This document shows positions 45,830-60,007 of a stretch of 64,000 nucleotides of DNA, one piece after another. Under the pieces are notes generated by a model. The model did not search any database and was not told where the DNA came from. It saw only the letters and a list, made by a program, of their open reading frames with translations. Where the stretch lies: NCBI RefSeq assembly GCF_009914755.1, contig NC_060940.1; one strand, given 5' to 3'. Position 1 is the stretch's first letter. Every line of letters starts with the position of its first letter. The translations under genes and the position numbers were made by a program. The DNA comes from the human T2T-CHM13v2.0 reference genome, Homo sapiens.

Positions 45830-47645
45830 TGAAGTTCTAGCAAATCTAAGAATCCATGAGGGAAATTTCAAGATGTCATCTAATTTCACCCACCATAACT
45901 CAACACACAGAACACAAACTCCCACACACTGGGTAAGAGAAATTCATTTCTATTGCTTTCCCCATGAACCACTGTGAGCTGCAGAAGGTCATTACCAATA
46001 TCATGGTAGCACGGTATTTGTTCAAAGAATTATCCAGGCCCGCTGTGCATGGAACTGAGAAAGATGATAAATTGAGTGCTTCAGTTTAGACAGAAGAAGT
46101 AGCTACCTCTGAAAAATTGCCTTATTCATCACTAATCTGACCAAAATACCCTGAGATGATTGAGGACACAGCATGCTGTCAGCCCAGAAAACAAGCACTA
46201 TGTCGCTTTCCTCAGCACCAAGAACACAGTAAGTGCCAATAGTCTTATGTGAATTAACATATATAAGATAGAGGAAAATAAATTATTTTAAGTAAAAATC
46301 ATCGGACAAGTTTATGAACACAATCTTCCTAATAGTCAGTTTTCAGATCAACCCTCTAGTTACCACAGATCTATGTCAGTATTGGTCAAAATACATGGGT
46401 ATGTTCTCAGTGTTTTATGCATTCAAATCTGGATGACAGATGTCTCCAAAGAGCAAACTATCTATTTCCCACCTCTAGTAGGCTTTGTACCTCCCACAGA
46501 GGCAACCATTTCACAATGAGAAAAACCATATAATGACAAGTAGCTGAGCCTTGCCAGTATTGGTGCTATATTAAGATAATGGTGTGGCCAAGTGAGCCAG
46601 GAAGACTTACATTCAAACCTCAGTCCTACCACTTACATGTAACACAGTCTGTTTAAGGCTCGGTTTTCTCATCTGTACAATGGGGATTAAGTAACAATAC
46701 CTACCTTCCTAAGGTGGTTGTGGGCATTCAGGAAATGAATGCATGAAACTGATCACAGAATGCCTGAACCTACTCTATTACAGTCATGATAACATCGATA
46801 ATAATAATAACAGTTACACTGATCCTGTGTTTATTTGAGAAGAGAACAGTAATCTGAGTGTTACATAGATCTCATACTCCTGGGTGGAAAAGACTCTGAC
46901 TCCAGTTCAGCTCTGTTTTTTTCCCTAGCTGTATGAGATAGGCAAGTCTTTTAATCTTTTTTTTTCACACTTGATTCCTTATTTTTCTGGTTAGTGAAGT
47001 CCATTTTCTACCTTAGTTTCACAGGTAACAAACTGAAACTTAACATGACTCCTAAGAGTAGCTGGATATGCAAGTGCTCAGTATCATTTCTATACAAACT
47101 GAAGCAAATCGCTTGCTTGTAAGAGCCAACAGTCAGCCCCATTTTACAAATGGAGAAAAAGCACTCAGAGACATCATGAGGACTAAAGAAAATGTTTCTA
47201 TGATAACAGCCTTGCAGAGTCATTTCCAGATATGTTGGTTCTTTTAATTATCATTTTTTTTACCTTTTTTCCCTTTTCTTACCTGTGGGGAAGCTACAAA
47301 CTACAAAATCATGGTAGTTTAGTATGATGAAACTCTGCTGACACCCAGGCAAGCATTTTCTCTACTATTAACCCCTTCTCCTAGGCCAGTTGACCTATGT
47401 TATGAATAGCTACAATGGAGCATCCAAATGGCAGACATAGACAAACCAGCATAATATAAAAAGTATTCTTGCTACATTCTTTGGCGTTCTTGAAACCCAA
47501 GCATATTGGTGAAAGGTTGACCTCTAAATATGAAAATCAACCCATTCTCTTGGAGGCCATTTGGGTTCCTGTCCTCTTCCCCCAAATGGAATCACTGTCT
47601 TCTCCCCTTTACACTTTGAAATTTAGCCTATTAGGAAACACCTTT

Positions 47646-48001
<356 letters not shown>

Positions 48002-48049
48002 TAAATGTAGCAAGAAGCACTGAGAACTGAATACACAGAAGGGGCTTAC

Positions 48050-48294
48050 TTCAAAGACCAGCGTCTCATTTGTGGGCCCTGGCGCGTACAGACGTTCCGG
48101 GCGGTTGAAAGAGCGCTGGTATTCAAACGTGGTCCCAGCGAAGGGGAACTCCCCAGGCCAGTCGATGCTCCAGCCCCCGGTGAGGTAATACTTTTGACTG
48201 AGGCTTCGAACTGCGAGGTAACTGGAGGAAACCTGCAGCTCCTGGATTTCGATGCTTCGGGCGCCAGCTGGAATGATGACCACCGGATAATATT
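48050..48294 (-). CDS. ADAMTS18: ADAMTS18 exon ~16 (245 nt): spacer domain
   Basis: tttag|AA TAT... encodes YYPVVIIPAGARSIEIQELQVSSSYLAVRS...RPERLYAPGPTNETLVFE, a typical ADAMTS spacer. Donor GAA|gtaag. Confidence 0.97.
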
Positions 48295-48602
48295 CTAAAT
48301 GGAAAGAAGAGAACATGTCTGAATTCCACCCCATGCATTGGAGAAAAGGGACTAGAAATGGCCCGACATGTAGTGTTCAGTTTTATAGAGTGAGGTTTTT
48401 AAATCATTATCTAAATTCATTCTTACTCTATGAAGTAAACATGATCAATTATTTCATTGTCCAAATAGTAAGAACACTAGAGAAAATGTATGTGGCTTCC
48501 CAAAGCCTTCCAACTATGTTTTCTGTGGAGAACAAATACACTCTTCTCCTTCCCAGACCACAAAAGGCCACAAAATTCAAGAAGACTTTTCAAAAATCTA
48601 AG

Positions 48603-48895
<293 letters not shown>

Positions 48896-49278
48896 TCAGA
48901 AAACAGGGATCAAAAGTTTAATTTCACTCAACATATTTAGATAACTGCTTCAAATATTCATTTAGCACTGTGAGTAGAGATCACATAAGTTTCACAATGT
49001 TTCTTTGCTTAACAAATGCACTTGGACATACATGGGGCCTGGTCGGCATACTAAAAATGCAAAGCAGAAAGGCATTTATTTGGCATGTTTCTACGAGGTA
49101 ATGTATCGACGAAATTCCTCACAACTATCTCCCTTACTCTTGCACAAGTGAAAAATGCCACCATCACTAGTGTGTCCAGTGAACTAGTAAAAGGCTCAAC
49201 CACATTTGGCGTGACTCAAACTTGTTTGGTAGCAAAAGTTGTATCTCATTAACAATAACAAACAGCAGCATCTCTCAC

Positions 49279-49402
49279 CATTTGCTTTATGCTGGTTGAG
49301 GTACAGGCCTTTATAAAACTTGCAAGTTGAATTATCACCTTTGCAAACGCCACAAGCATCTGAAACTGCTTTAGAGCCTAGTTCATGATCACATCCCACT
49401 AG
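49279..49402 (-). CDS. ADAMTS18: ADAMTS18 exon ~15 (124 nt): end of Cys-rich domain, start of spacer
   Basis: cacag|CTA GTG... encodes LVGCDHELGSKAVSDACGVCKGDNSTCKFYKGLYLNQHKAN. Donor G|gtgag. Confidence 0.97.
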
Positions 49403-50073
49403 CTGTGACAAAAACAAAAAACGTGAGAAAATAAAAGATCAGAGAAGCCAGAGGCTGGGAATAATTAAGAGGTATATGGTTCTCTGTATTTACAGAACAT
49501 TAGGGAAGCAGTACAGCTTATGGTTAAAAATCACAGCCTCAAGTTGGACTCACTTGGGGTTCAAATCCCTCCCCTGACATTATTAGATGACTGGGCAAGT
49601 TGTATAACTCATCTAAGGCTTAGACTCTTCATCAATGAAACTGGAATAAAAAGTCACTATTGCTACTAATACCAGCTGAGATTATTCAGGCCAGCTGTGT
49701 AACTCAAATATGAAAATGCTGGACAATACACATGCATGCATGTGTACAAACATACACCCTTAAAAGATCAAAGGGCTCAAACTAAAATTAAAATGGAAGA
49801 GAAAATGAGCACTCAAAGTGAAAGGAAAAATAACTGGGGAAAAATAGTATTTCAAAATACATTTGTGAGATTCTAATCATATAGTAAAGGTACTTAGTAC
49901 ACATGCAATAAAAGTTTATTATTTACATTCTTATTTCATTTTTACAACTCCTGTGCAAAGCAGGATATAGCATCATCTCCATTCTATATATGTGCAAGTA
50001 GAGTAAAAAATAAACTAAAATAATTGGACAAGGCTCATGCAACAAGTAAATGAGGAACGTAGATATGGTGCTC

Positions 50074-50376
<303 letters not shown>

Positions 50377-50534
50377 AGATATGGTGCTCGAATCCAGTGA
50401 AACACTTTGCTCTTTCGCTCCATGCCACCTGCTCTTCTCCAGACACACAATCTCTCACACCACTGTTCACGGTACACACGATATGATAAAACACAAGCAT
50501 GCTCATACACTCCAAAGCAGAAACGTTCTCTTAC

Positions 50535-50665
50535 TTCACAAACCCCGTCAATACAAACATCATTTTTGTTTGGGGAGCAGGGAGTTCCATCTTTCACTTT
50601 GCCGGACATTGCAAAAAAAAATTCAAAGTTCTCAGCCTTGCAGTACAGTTTGCATCGATCTTCCT
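50535..50665 (-). CDS. ADAMTS18: ADAMTS18 exon ~14 (131 nt): Cys-rich domain
   Basis: tctag|AG GAA GAT... encodes EDRCKLYCKAENFEFFFAMSGKVKDGTPCSPNKNDVCIDGVCE. Donor GAA|gtaag. Confidence 0.97.
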
Positions 50666-53600
50666 CTAGAAACAAAGAGATCAAGATAGGAAATGGTCAA
50701 GAGGAAACTAAGGAAAAATGATAGGATTGTCAAAAGAATGAATTAAATTTACTTAGAAAGCTATCATGATGAATATGGAAAATGTGTGTGTTTGCACATA
50801 TAAGCCCATATGATGTGGCTTTCGAAGCATGAGTCCCATGTAACAATCCATATAAAACTAATTTAAGAGTAATACGTAACAATTTTATTTTTCTCATCCT
50901 TAGGGATAGTCACCATACACATGATCGATGGGTTACTATCCAGCCTCCCTGGATAGTAAACCTTTCAGGTTTCAAAGGCCTGATGGTCAGCCACTGACAA
51001 TACAGAAATGAAGTAGTGTGGCTGTGTTCTAATAAAATCTGATGAAACAAATACACACCAGATTTGGCCAGCAGCCCATAGTTTGATGACCCTGATTTAG
51101 AGCATGGATTACTTTAGATATTTACTCAGTCTGTTAAGAGAAAAGGTTTCAGGCACCAGGGAGAAAAGGCATACGGTTAGTCATGTTTGTAAAACATATA
51201 GAGAAAAAAAACCATGTCATAAAAATGAAGAGAAAGCAAATAAACTCGTCCTGAAGGCTACAAAAAGGTAACTTCTCTTGGCCCTTAAGTCCCTGAGATG
51301 TTTCTGATATCAAAGGCAAAAATTAAAAAAAAATTATATTTATAGAGCTCTTGTTATCAGAAAGGAGTTCCTATGCCAATTTCTCAAATAGAAAGAGCTC
51401 TTCTTGGCCAGGAATTCCAGATAACGTTTCTCACAAGAGACCTTCTGTGGGTGGTATTGAGCGATATCCCTAACAACAGTTTTACAAACGTGTAAACAGT
51501 TTGCAAATAGTTGTGCTTCATAAAACCTCTCAATAAAAGACAAACTAAAAACTCAAACGTGAAAGGAGTTAAATTATCACAGTCCAAATATGCAGATGCG
51601 TGGGTGGGTTAAAAGGTTCTCTCCCATCTATAATTTTTTTTAATAGCAGCTTTATTTAATGCGTAATTTTTGCACATGAGATTAGGGAGTTGGATGACAT
51701 ATATGCCCTTTCTTTTCTCTATCATTTCCAGAAATTAACAAGTTTTAGAAAGTTCCTTTTTTTTTTTTTTTAAAAGCACAGATTCCTGGGTGAGTTTATG
51801 AGTCCATTAAAAACACAGAGGAAAGACGGGAAAAAACCTCACTCCTGTAGCACAGAGATTGTCCACATTTATGAAAAAGTCTTCCCTTGTTCTTCTAAAT
51901 TGCAGGAATGTCACAAGACATTCAAGTCATGGTCAGTCTCCTCTGATATAAGTATCAAAAGGAGACAAGGAGAGACTAGAAAGCCTTAACGTTTCTGTCT
52001 CCCTCCACTGAGAGGTAAGATCCTAAGGCAGGGAGTCTATGTTTGATTCAGTGCATTCTGCTCTGCATCTAGCAAAGTGTCTCCTACACAAAAAGAGTTC
52101 AGTAAACATCTGTTGCATGCATGAATGAAATTGCATGCTCCCTACTCAGTGGAAACTGCAATAAAATTAGTGAAAGAACTTTGACACCAGCAAGCATTTT
52201 CTAAATTGCAAAATTTATTTGTTTAACTTTCTCCTTATATCTTCAACACAGAATTTCTTTAAGGGTGATAACAGGACTGATTTCATAAACACTATGTTTG
52301 AATGAAAGATGTAATGTGATAAAGGCCAAGGAATATCCACGAAGCCAAACCAAAAGCAAAGAACAGAAGAGGAAGTAAAAGGAGGGACAACAGAGTCATG
52401 GAGAAAGAACCACAGGTAGGAAGCATGGGACCTCAAGAGTATACAACCAACAGAAAGGAAATCTTCCAAGTCTGGAATAGGAAGCAACTGCAGCATCCGC
52501 TGGGACCTGCTGTGCAGCATGCTTCCTACGAAATCACTCAGCTCCTGGTAGAATGCCTCTAGTGATGGGGACCTTGTTACTTACAGAGGGAGTATATTTT
52601 CATTTTGGACAGTTAATATTTATTTACTTATTCATTCATTTCAAAAGTTATAACCATTACATAAATATATACCAAGTGCTGTTCTTGGATGCTGGAGATA
52701 TAAGCAAGCTCAAGATAGACAAAGGCTTAGTCCTTGTGGAACCTAAATTCTTGTGGGGAGGAAGATAACAAATAAATGACCACATAAAAATACATCCATG
52801 CACTGAGAAGAGCTATGAAGAATAAAACGGGGTAAAGGGTTCAGAAAACAATATGAAGGAAGAATATGTTGACAGGCTGTTAAGGAAGGTCTCTCTGAGG
52901 AGACAATATGGCTAGAATGTTCTCAGCCCTTGAATTAATTCTGTTATCTAAAGCAATTTGAAATAAATTGAACATCCTTCCTATTCAATAGCTCTTTGAA
53001 GTTTTGAATGTAAGTCGTTTCTCATGTACAGTAAACCTCTATAGGTACCTCATTACTTCCTCCTAAGACACAGCTTTGGAATTGTCATGTCTGTCTCTAT
53101 CTATACTTCCTGGCAAACAGTCATGACCCAAAACCACATCAGTGCTCCTGAAATGGCTAGGCTGATACTGAGCAAAGCTGCACAATCCTCTTTCGATTTG
53201 GAGGCTCTACTTGTTATAGTGATGCCTGTAATTATATTAGCTTCCTTTATGATCACTGATTAATATAGGTTCATGTTGAGCTTTTGCACAGAACAGCCCA
53301 TGGATTGTCATTAAACTTAGTCTCTTTCCATTCTACACATGGGCAGTTGGGATTCACATATAACCCTGTTTCAAGACAGCATAACAGTTTTGATAAATCT
53401 AATGGATGGAAGTAATGAAACAACTAGGATGATGACAGCTTATTCTACATAGGTAAGAGCAACTACATTAAACTCTTCTGCTGTAACTAATGTTTTATTA
53501 TTCAGTCAAAATAAAGACACATTAATTTAAAAAGTAAAATATAAGCCATAACTTTAAGTATAGTAAGTACCAAGAACCTAGTATAATTTTTATTTATGAT

Positions 53601-54062
53601 TCTGTGTGTGTGTCTGCGTGCATGCACACACTCTACACACAGGCCTTCCCATGCTTGTAATCAACTGACATGTCAGTTACTGTGTACGGTGCCTCTATGG
53701 GGTATATATGGTTTCATGAGTTTTTGGTCTGGACAGTTCATACCAATTTCAATTAAGATCCCTGGGAGACTTAATTGCCAAAATGTCAAAGGTAAGTTGA
53801 GAAACATGAGTTCATTCCAAACATATGAAACCTTGGGTTTACAGATGTGGGAGACAAGAGGTATCTTATAGGGGGAAAAAAAAAAAAACAACAGTGGAAA
53901 AATAAACAAAACCCATGGAATGAAACACTGAGCCAGGATGGGTCTGGGGAGTGAAAGGTAAACATTCAAACTCTTTGATACAAGCAGCAATTTCTTCTGT
54001 ATTGGTCAATCACATTATTATCCACATAGAGACTTATTTGAATGTCATAGAGACCAAATTAC

Positions 54063-54235
54063 CTTCCACTTTTGTATAGGGTTTCCACTGGTAGAACCAT
54101 CCACGGAAAGGTTTGCTGTTATATTCTGCACACTGTTGAGCCCGAAAATCCAAGCTATTTTCATTGCAAGGGTTAATATTGCACAGCTGATAAATACGGC
54201 TAGAACCTGGACAGAATAAGCCACCATACTGAGGC
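54063..54235 (-). CDS. ADAMTS18: ADAMTS18 exon ~13 (173 nt): end of TSR1, start of Cys-rich domain
   Basis: ttcag|G CCT CAG... encodes PQYGGLFCPGSSRIYQLCNINPCNENSLDFRAQQCAEYNSKPFRGWFYQWKPYTKVE. Donor G|gtaat. Phase 2 in, phase 1 out. The ORF track shows only a different frame here. Confidence 0.96.
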
Positions 54236-54569
54236 CTGAAAATGAAATTAATGAACTTTAATGTTAGTAATCAAAGGGCTCATTATTAGTCACATGCAAT
54301 AATATGAAGAGAGGCAATGAAGATGAGCACTGCCACAGTGTATGCAAAGGCATACAGTCTATTACAGGAATGGAAGTACATAGCATACAACTTAACACCT
54401 TCCTTCTTGAATCTAGGCTAGACATAACTAATCAATCAGGGGATTTTTTTCTAGTTCTTTTCATTACCACTGTTCACTCATTAAAATTGGCATGCTAAAT
54501 CAAATTTATTTGCCATCACCAATCCAATATTTACATTCTGTTCATTTCCTTAAACACTGATGAAAGAAG

Positions 54570-54880
54570 TTTTACTTTTTATTTTATTATTATTTTTGAG
54601 ATAGGGTCTCACACTGTTGCCCAGTCTGGAATGCAGTGGCGTGATCTTGGCTCACTGCTGCCTCCACCTCTCTGGCTCAGGTTAGCCTCCTACCTCAGCC
54701 TCCCAAGTAGCTGGGACTGGAGGCATGCACCACTACACCTGGCTAATTCTTGTACTTTTTGTTGAGATGTGGTTTTGCCATGTTGCCCAGGCCAGTCTCA
54801 AACTCCTCAGTTCAAGTGATCCACCCCCATCAGGCTCCCAAAGTGTGGGGATTACAGGTGTGAACCAATGCACCCAGCCT
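54570..54880 (-). mobile_element. AluJ-like
   Basis: gagatagggtctcacactgttgcc...attacaggtgtgaaccaatgcacccagcc. Confidence 0.9.
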
Positions 54881-54894
54881 GAAAGGATATTCTT

Positions 54895-55385
54895 TTGTTT
54901 TTAAATTTTTTAAATTTTTTAAAACTTTTATTTTAGGTTCAGGGGTACATGTAAAGTTTTGTTATACAGTTAAATTGCGTCTCGCAGGGGTTTGGTATAC
55001 AGACTGTTTCATCACTCAGGTAATAAGCATAATATCTGATATGTAGTTTTTCAATCCTCTTCCTCCTCCAACCCTCCACTCTCAATCTTTGGGTCCATAT
55101 GTACTCAATGTTTAGCTCCCACTTATAAGGAAGAATATGTGACATTTGGTTTTCTGTTCCCGCCTTAGTTGGCTTACAAGAATGACCTCCAGCTCTATCC
55201 ATCTGACAGCAAAGGACATGATCTCATTCTTTTGTTTTGGCTGCATAGTATTCCATGGTGCATATGTACCACATTTCTTTATCCAGTCTACTGTTGATGG
55301 GCATTCAGGTTGATTCCATGCCTTTGCTATCACGACTAGTGCTACAATGAACATATACCTGCATGTGTCTTTATGGTAGAACAAT
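54895..55385 (-). mobile_element. L1PA15/16-like 3' end
   Basis: aacttttattttaggttcaggggtacatgt...ggggtttggtatacaga...tttagctcccacttataag. Confidence 0.85.
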
Positions 55386-55829
55386 TTTTTAATTTTTGAT
55401 TTTTTTATTTCAATAGGTTGTTTGGTTACATAAAAAAGTTCTTTAGTAGTCATTTCTGAGATTTTTGTGCACCCCTCACCCGATCAGTGTACCCTGGACC
55501 CATTGTGTAGTCTTTTATCCCTTGCCACCCCCTACCCTTTCCCTTGAGTTCCCAAAGTCCAATGTATCATTCTTATGCCTTTGCATCCTCATACCTTAGC
55601 TCCCACATATGAATGAGAACATACAATGTTTGGTTTTCCATTCCTGAGTTTATGGCAGCACAATTTGCAATTGCAAAAATATGGAACCAGCCCAAATGCC
55701 CATCAATCAACGAGTAAAGAAAATGTGGTGTATATAGACCATGGACTACTACCCAGCCGTAAAAAAGTAATGAAATAATGGCATTCACAGCAACCTGGAT
55801 AAAACTGGAGACCGTTATTCTAACTGAAG
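55386..55829 (-). mobile_element. L1PB-like 3' end with 5' inversion (55651-55829 lies on the + strand)
   Basis: tttatttcaatagg...ccattcctgagtt (antisense) followed by a sense segment ending ...ttattctaactgaag. Confidence 0.85.
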
Positions 55830-57299
55830 GGATATTCTTGACCCTCATCATATTAGCCCCTGTGTTAAGGAAATCTGTAAACACACCTAAATGTTCTTTT
55901 ACTGTATATGTGTGCTCGTCTGCTACATGCACATACCCTATCTCTTGGCATCAGAAGCTGTTCAAACATGGACCCAAGCTACCTCTCCAGCTTTCTCCCA
56001 TTTCCTAATACTCTCAGTATCTTCCCACACTTTGCCATGCACCTATTACATAGAACGTCAGCACACTGGGGAGAAGGAACAGAAAGCACCATTTGCTGCT
56101 CTCCCCAATCCAGCTGTCAGTCATAGAGATATTTTGAGTATAATATGACTGTTGTGTGTTTCTTCTGATTGATTCTGAAACCAGAGGGAAAACATTCTCT
56201 TGTTTTCATCAGCATAGTCACTTTTCAGCTTTGCAGGTGGCCTACTCCTTTCCTGCCAAGCACAATGGGAAATGGATTTCCAGAGTAGACAATTCCATTA
56301 GAACATAAATAATGAGGATGTAAAGGCAAGCTCTTTAAGATCTTGGTAGGCAGATTCTAATCTGCAAAAACCAGAAAGCAAAATAAAGGAAAAAGAGCAC
56401 CACCACATTGAAAATTACGCATAACATCGTACCCAGCTTACTCCGTGCACAAAGATGTGGCTTCTTGTCACTCCTCCCATTTTGAGGTTTTCTCTGAAGG
56501 CCAAAACTCAACTATGGATCATCTTGTATAACATGAAAGGCGGCTCCAGGTTAATAAATTTATGTGATTAAAATTCCTTGTCTCTTTAGGAGGCACAAGC
56601 ATGCTCTAAAACAGCCCTGGAGTTGCTTCAGCGTAATTAATTTATCCCATCCTCCTATAACTGCACGCTAAAATGGATTCAACAGAAACGGGAAATGTCA
56701 CGCGGCCAGAATGAGATTTTTATGCTATTTTAAAACACTCTGGAGCAACTACTTAAACATGCTGCAGCCATTGTGATAAATCAAATCCCTGAAGACTTCT
56801 TAAATGATTATCTGAAAAGCACTTAGAAAAATCTTTAAGTGCTATATCATAGCCTCAATATTCCGGTCATCTTTACAAGGCATATTTAAAACTAATTTCT
56901 CAGTTTAAGACTTTCTGTGATTTAACGAATAAACCTCATTTGGGCTCTATGTAGTTAATGAAGTGAAAGAGGACTGCAAGGTGTTACTTTATCGACTTAT
57001 AGAACTTGTAACGTGGAAAAGACCACCAAATTCATACAGCCATTGTCCTCCTTTCATAGATGAAGTGAGAACCAGCTGACAAGAGCTTACAAAACTTGTT
57101 GAAAGAGGGTCACACAGCTAGAAAGAAACAGAGACGAGCTCAAGCTCAGGCCTGTGGACTCAGTCCAGGATTTTTTTCATACTTAACTATGCCTGCATTT
57201 AACTGAGTTCTTAGGCCATGGGGCCGGGTATGGAAAGAAAGAATAGACAGTAAGGTGCAATGTTTAGGGAGCTGGCCTTTTACAATGAGGGAGATTCTC

Positions 57300-57600
57300 T
57301 CTTTTTTTTTTTTTAATTTTGAGACAGAGTCTTGCTCTATCACCCAGGCTGGAGTGAACTGGCACAATCATGGCTCACTGCAGCCTCAAATTCCTGAACT
57401 CAAGTAATCCTCCTGCCTCAGCCTCCTGAGTAGTTAGGACTACAGGCATGTGCCACCATGCCTGGCAAATTTTTAAAATTTTTATACAGATGAGGGGCTG
57501 TGTTGCCCAGGCTGGTCTCAAACTCCTGGCCTCAAGCAATCCTTCTGCCTTGGCCTTCCCAAGTGCTGGAATTACAAGCATGATCCATCAAACATGGCCA
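57300..57600 (-). mobile_element. AluJ-like
   Basis: gagacagagtcttgctctatcacccagg...ctcaagcaatccttctgccttggcc. Confidence 0.88.
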
Positions 57601-59784
57601 GACCCTGATTTAAATACAGTATTCTCTGCCTCCTCCCAGCTTAAATTTAGGTGATCTTATTTAACCTCCTCATTTGCAAAATAGGAACAGTTGTGACAAT
57701 TAACTGATCCAACCTTTGTAAAGAATGTAGGGCAGTATCTAGGGCAGAGTCAGAATAAATAAATTATAACTATTTTTAAATGCCTTATGCTTTTGTATTG
57801 AGTACCCACCCTGTGCTGAGTATTATGTGATCTGATTTTTATATACTAATACATTTCATTTTTAATTATGGGATATGGTCAAAGTGATCAAAAGTAATTG
57901 CTAGCAAGCATTTGGCCATTTCCATAAAAATATAGGCAATATTTTTCTGCAGCTTTGAACATAAGTGTTAGCCTAACAGACAATTCTATCATGATATGTC
58001 TTGGTGTAAGAAGTTGTTTAATATTAAAAAGAAATATAGAAATAGAAAACAAAAACCTAGGCACATGATTTTGTCCTTATATTAGACAACTATAAAGAGC
58101 ATACCATCATTTGCTTCTGCATCATTTATCAAGTCCTGACTACAAATAGTTACAATGGTGTTGCTTGGAAGAGTATTAGAATCACTTGGAGAGCTCTGTT
58201 AAACTATATACATATACAGATTCCTGAGGACCTCCACCCACTTTCTCAATAAGAATATGAGATATGGAAGATTCAGAAATCAGTATTTTTAAAAACACAC
58301 CTGGTGATTCTGATAACCAGCTGAGCCGTGATATTACTGGTGGGAAAATACACCACCAATTAGATTCAATTATTCTTCTGGGGCCATGATTTTCCTCCTA
58401 ACTCCATGAGCTAAGTTGTGTTAGAGTTAGCAGACAATTCTTTCTCAAATAGACTCAGGTTTTAGAAAAGTTCTAGAACACCTTAGCATATCACTAATAA
58501 TTTTCTTGGAGAGTTTATAGGAATTTCACTAGGATCCCTTATGGGGTGATAGTTTAACAAACAAGGAACCAGAAAAAATGAAAAATGTCAAAGGATTAAG
58601 ACTATGGGAACTTAATCTGACTCTGCCATTACCAGCATGGGGACTTGAGCAAGAGTTGCTACCGTGAATGGGGCCCTCTTCCTCCCCTGGTTACTCATCT
58701 GTGAAATAATTGGATTAGGCAGCAGGTTTCAACTCACGTGTCAGTTCTAACCCGATTGAGAACAAATGCCTGAAGAAGGACATTGGGAAGGTCCCTGAGG
58801 CATAGGAGGGCTCAATGAAAAACAGGGCTTCCGTCAGTTAAAACTATTTACCATTTACATGGGACAAAGGATGTCCCTGTGTGCCTGGCATTGGCCATTC
58901 CAGAGCCAGATAGCAGTCAACAAAAAAAAACTGGTAAATCTATGAATCAGTCAAGAATCATTCATTTTTCAAGAAATAAAGTCTGTTCTGGGAAAAACAC
59001 CTTTATATGAAACAGAAACCTCACACTGCTTCTCGGATGAGACAATGAAAATGGCTACACTGAGTGATGTGAATAGAACCAAATGCTTAAACTGAAGCAA
59101 GAAAGAAATCCATAACTTGAAATAGGGAGAAAAAACAGCATTACTGCAACAGAGTGAAATAAGAACAGAGACAGAACAATTAATTCAGTTGTCTTGGGAG
59201 AGCCTATCATCTACTTGTTTTATTTATGGCTTCATGCAGAGTTAAAGTAAACAGTATCCTGATTTATTTTTCATCTTGTTTTAAATGATAAAACTGCACT
59301 GAATGAAAATACTTTAGTGATTAATTATTCTATTAGGCATCTCTAAATTACAATATGTTGTTTCCATGAACAATGCCCTATTATAATGAGAGCTCTCAAT
59401 CCTACAGATATGAGAGAGGTTTTAATTTAAATCTCAGGGGCATCATTCATGCACTTTACCAGCAGAGCTATTGAATTAGGTAATCTATGTCTTTCTTGGG
59501 AAAATATTGAGATTGTAAAATGTTGTAATGGATGAAAACCAGATCCATGAACTATACTTCACAAATGTAAAGTAATATGATGATTTTAACAACTCAACTT
59601 AAGACATGGCTGCATTCAAAGTATCAGGAGGTTAAATAACTACCCTCCTGCTTAAACCAGGAGATACTAAAACAACATCATTGTTTTAATACTGTTATTA
59701 AAACAATAACCTGGTATAAGTTGCAAATGCATCACCAGCCTCCTTATCATTATATTCAGTCACTGGGCCTGATTACATCTGTGA

Positions 59785-60007
59785 GTCCCAATCAGAGATT
59801 ATTTTGTCCCATATAGGACATTTGGCAATGTCTGGAGACATTTTTGGTTGTCACAGTTTGGTGGGTGGTGGGAAGAAGAGTGGATCCTACTGGTACTAGT
59901 AGGTCAAGGGCAGGGATGCTGCTAGACATCTTACCATGTACAGGACAAATCTCCAAAACAAAGAATTTGCCAGCCCATGTCAATAGTGCTGACATTGAAA
60001 AGCTCTA
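59785..60007. mobile_element. MER20
   Basis: ggacatttggcaatgtctggagacatttttggttgtcaca...gggatgctgctagacatc...gtcaatagtgctgacattgaaaa. Confidence 0.85.

Noticed and set aside
54045-54227. Hydrophobic 60-aa ORF (MVAYSVQVLAVFISCAILTLAMKIAW...) resembling a signal or TM peptide
   Set aside because: It is an alternative frame of exon 13, with no independent promoter or other evidence.
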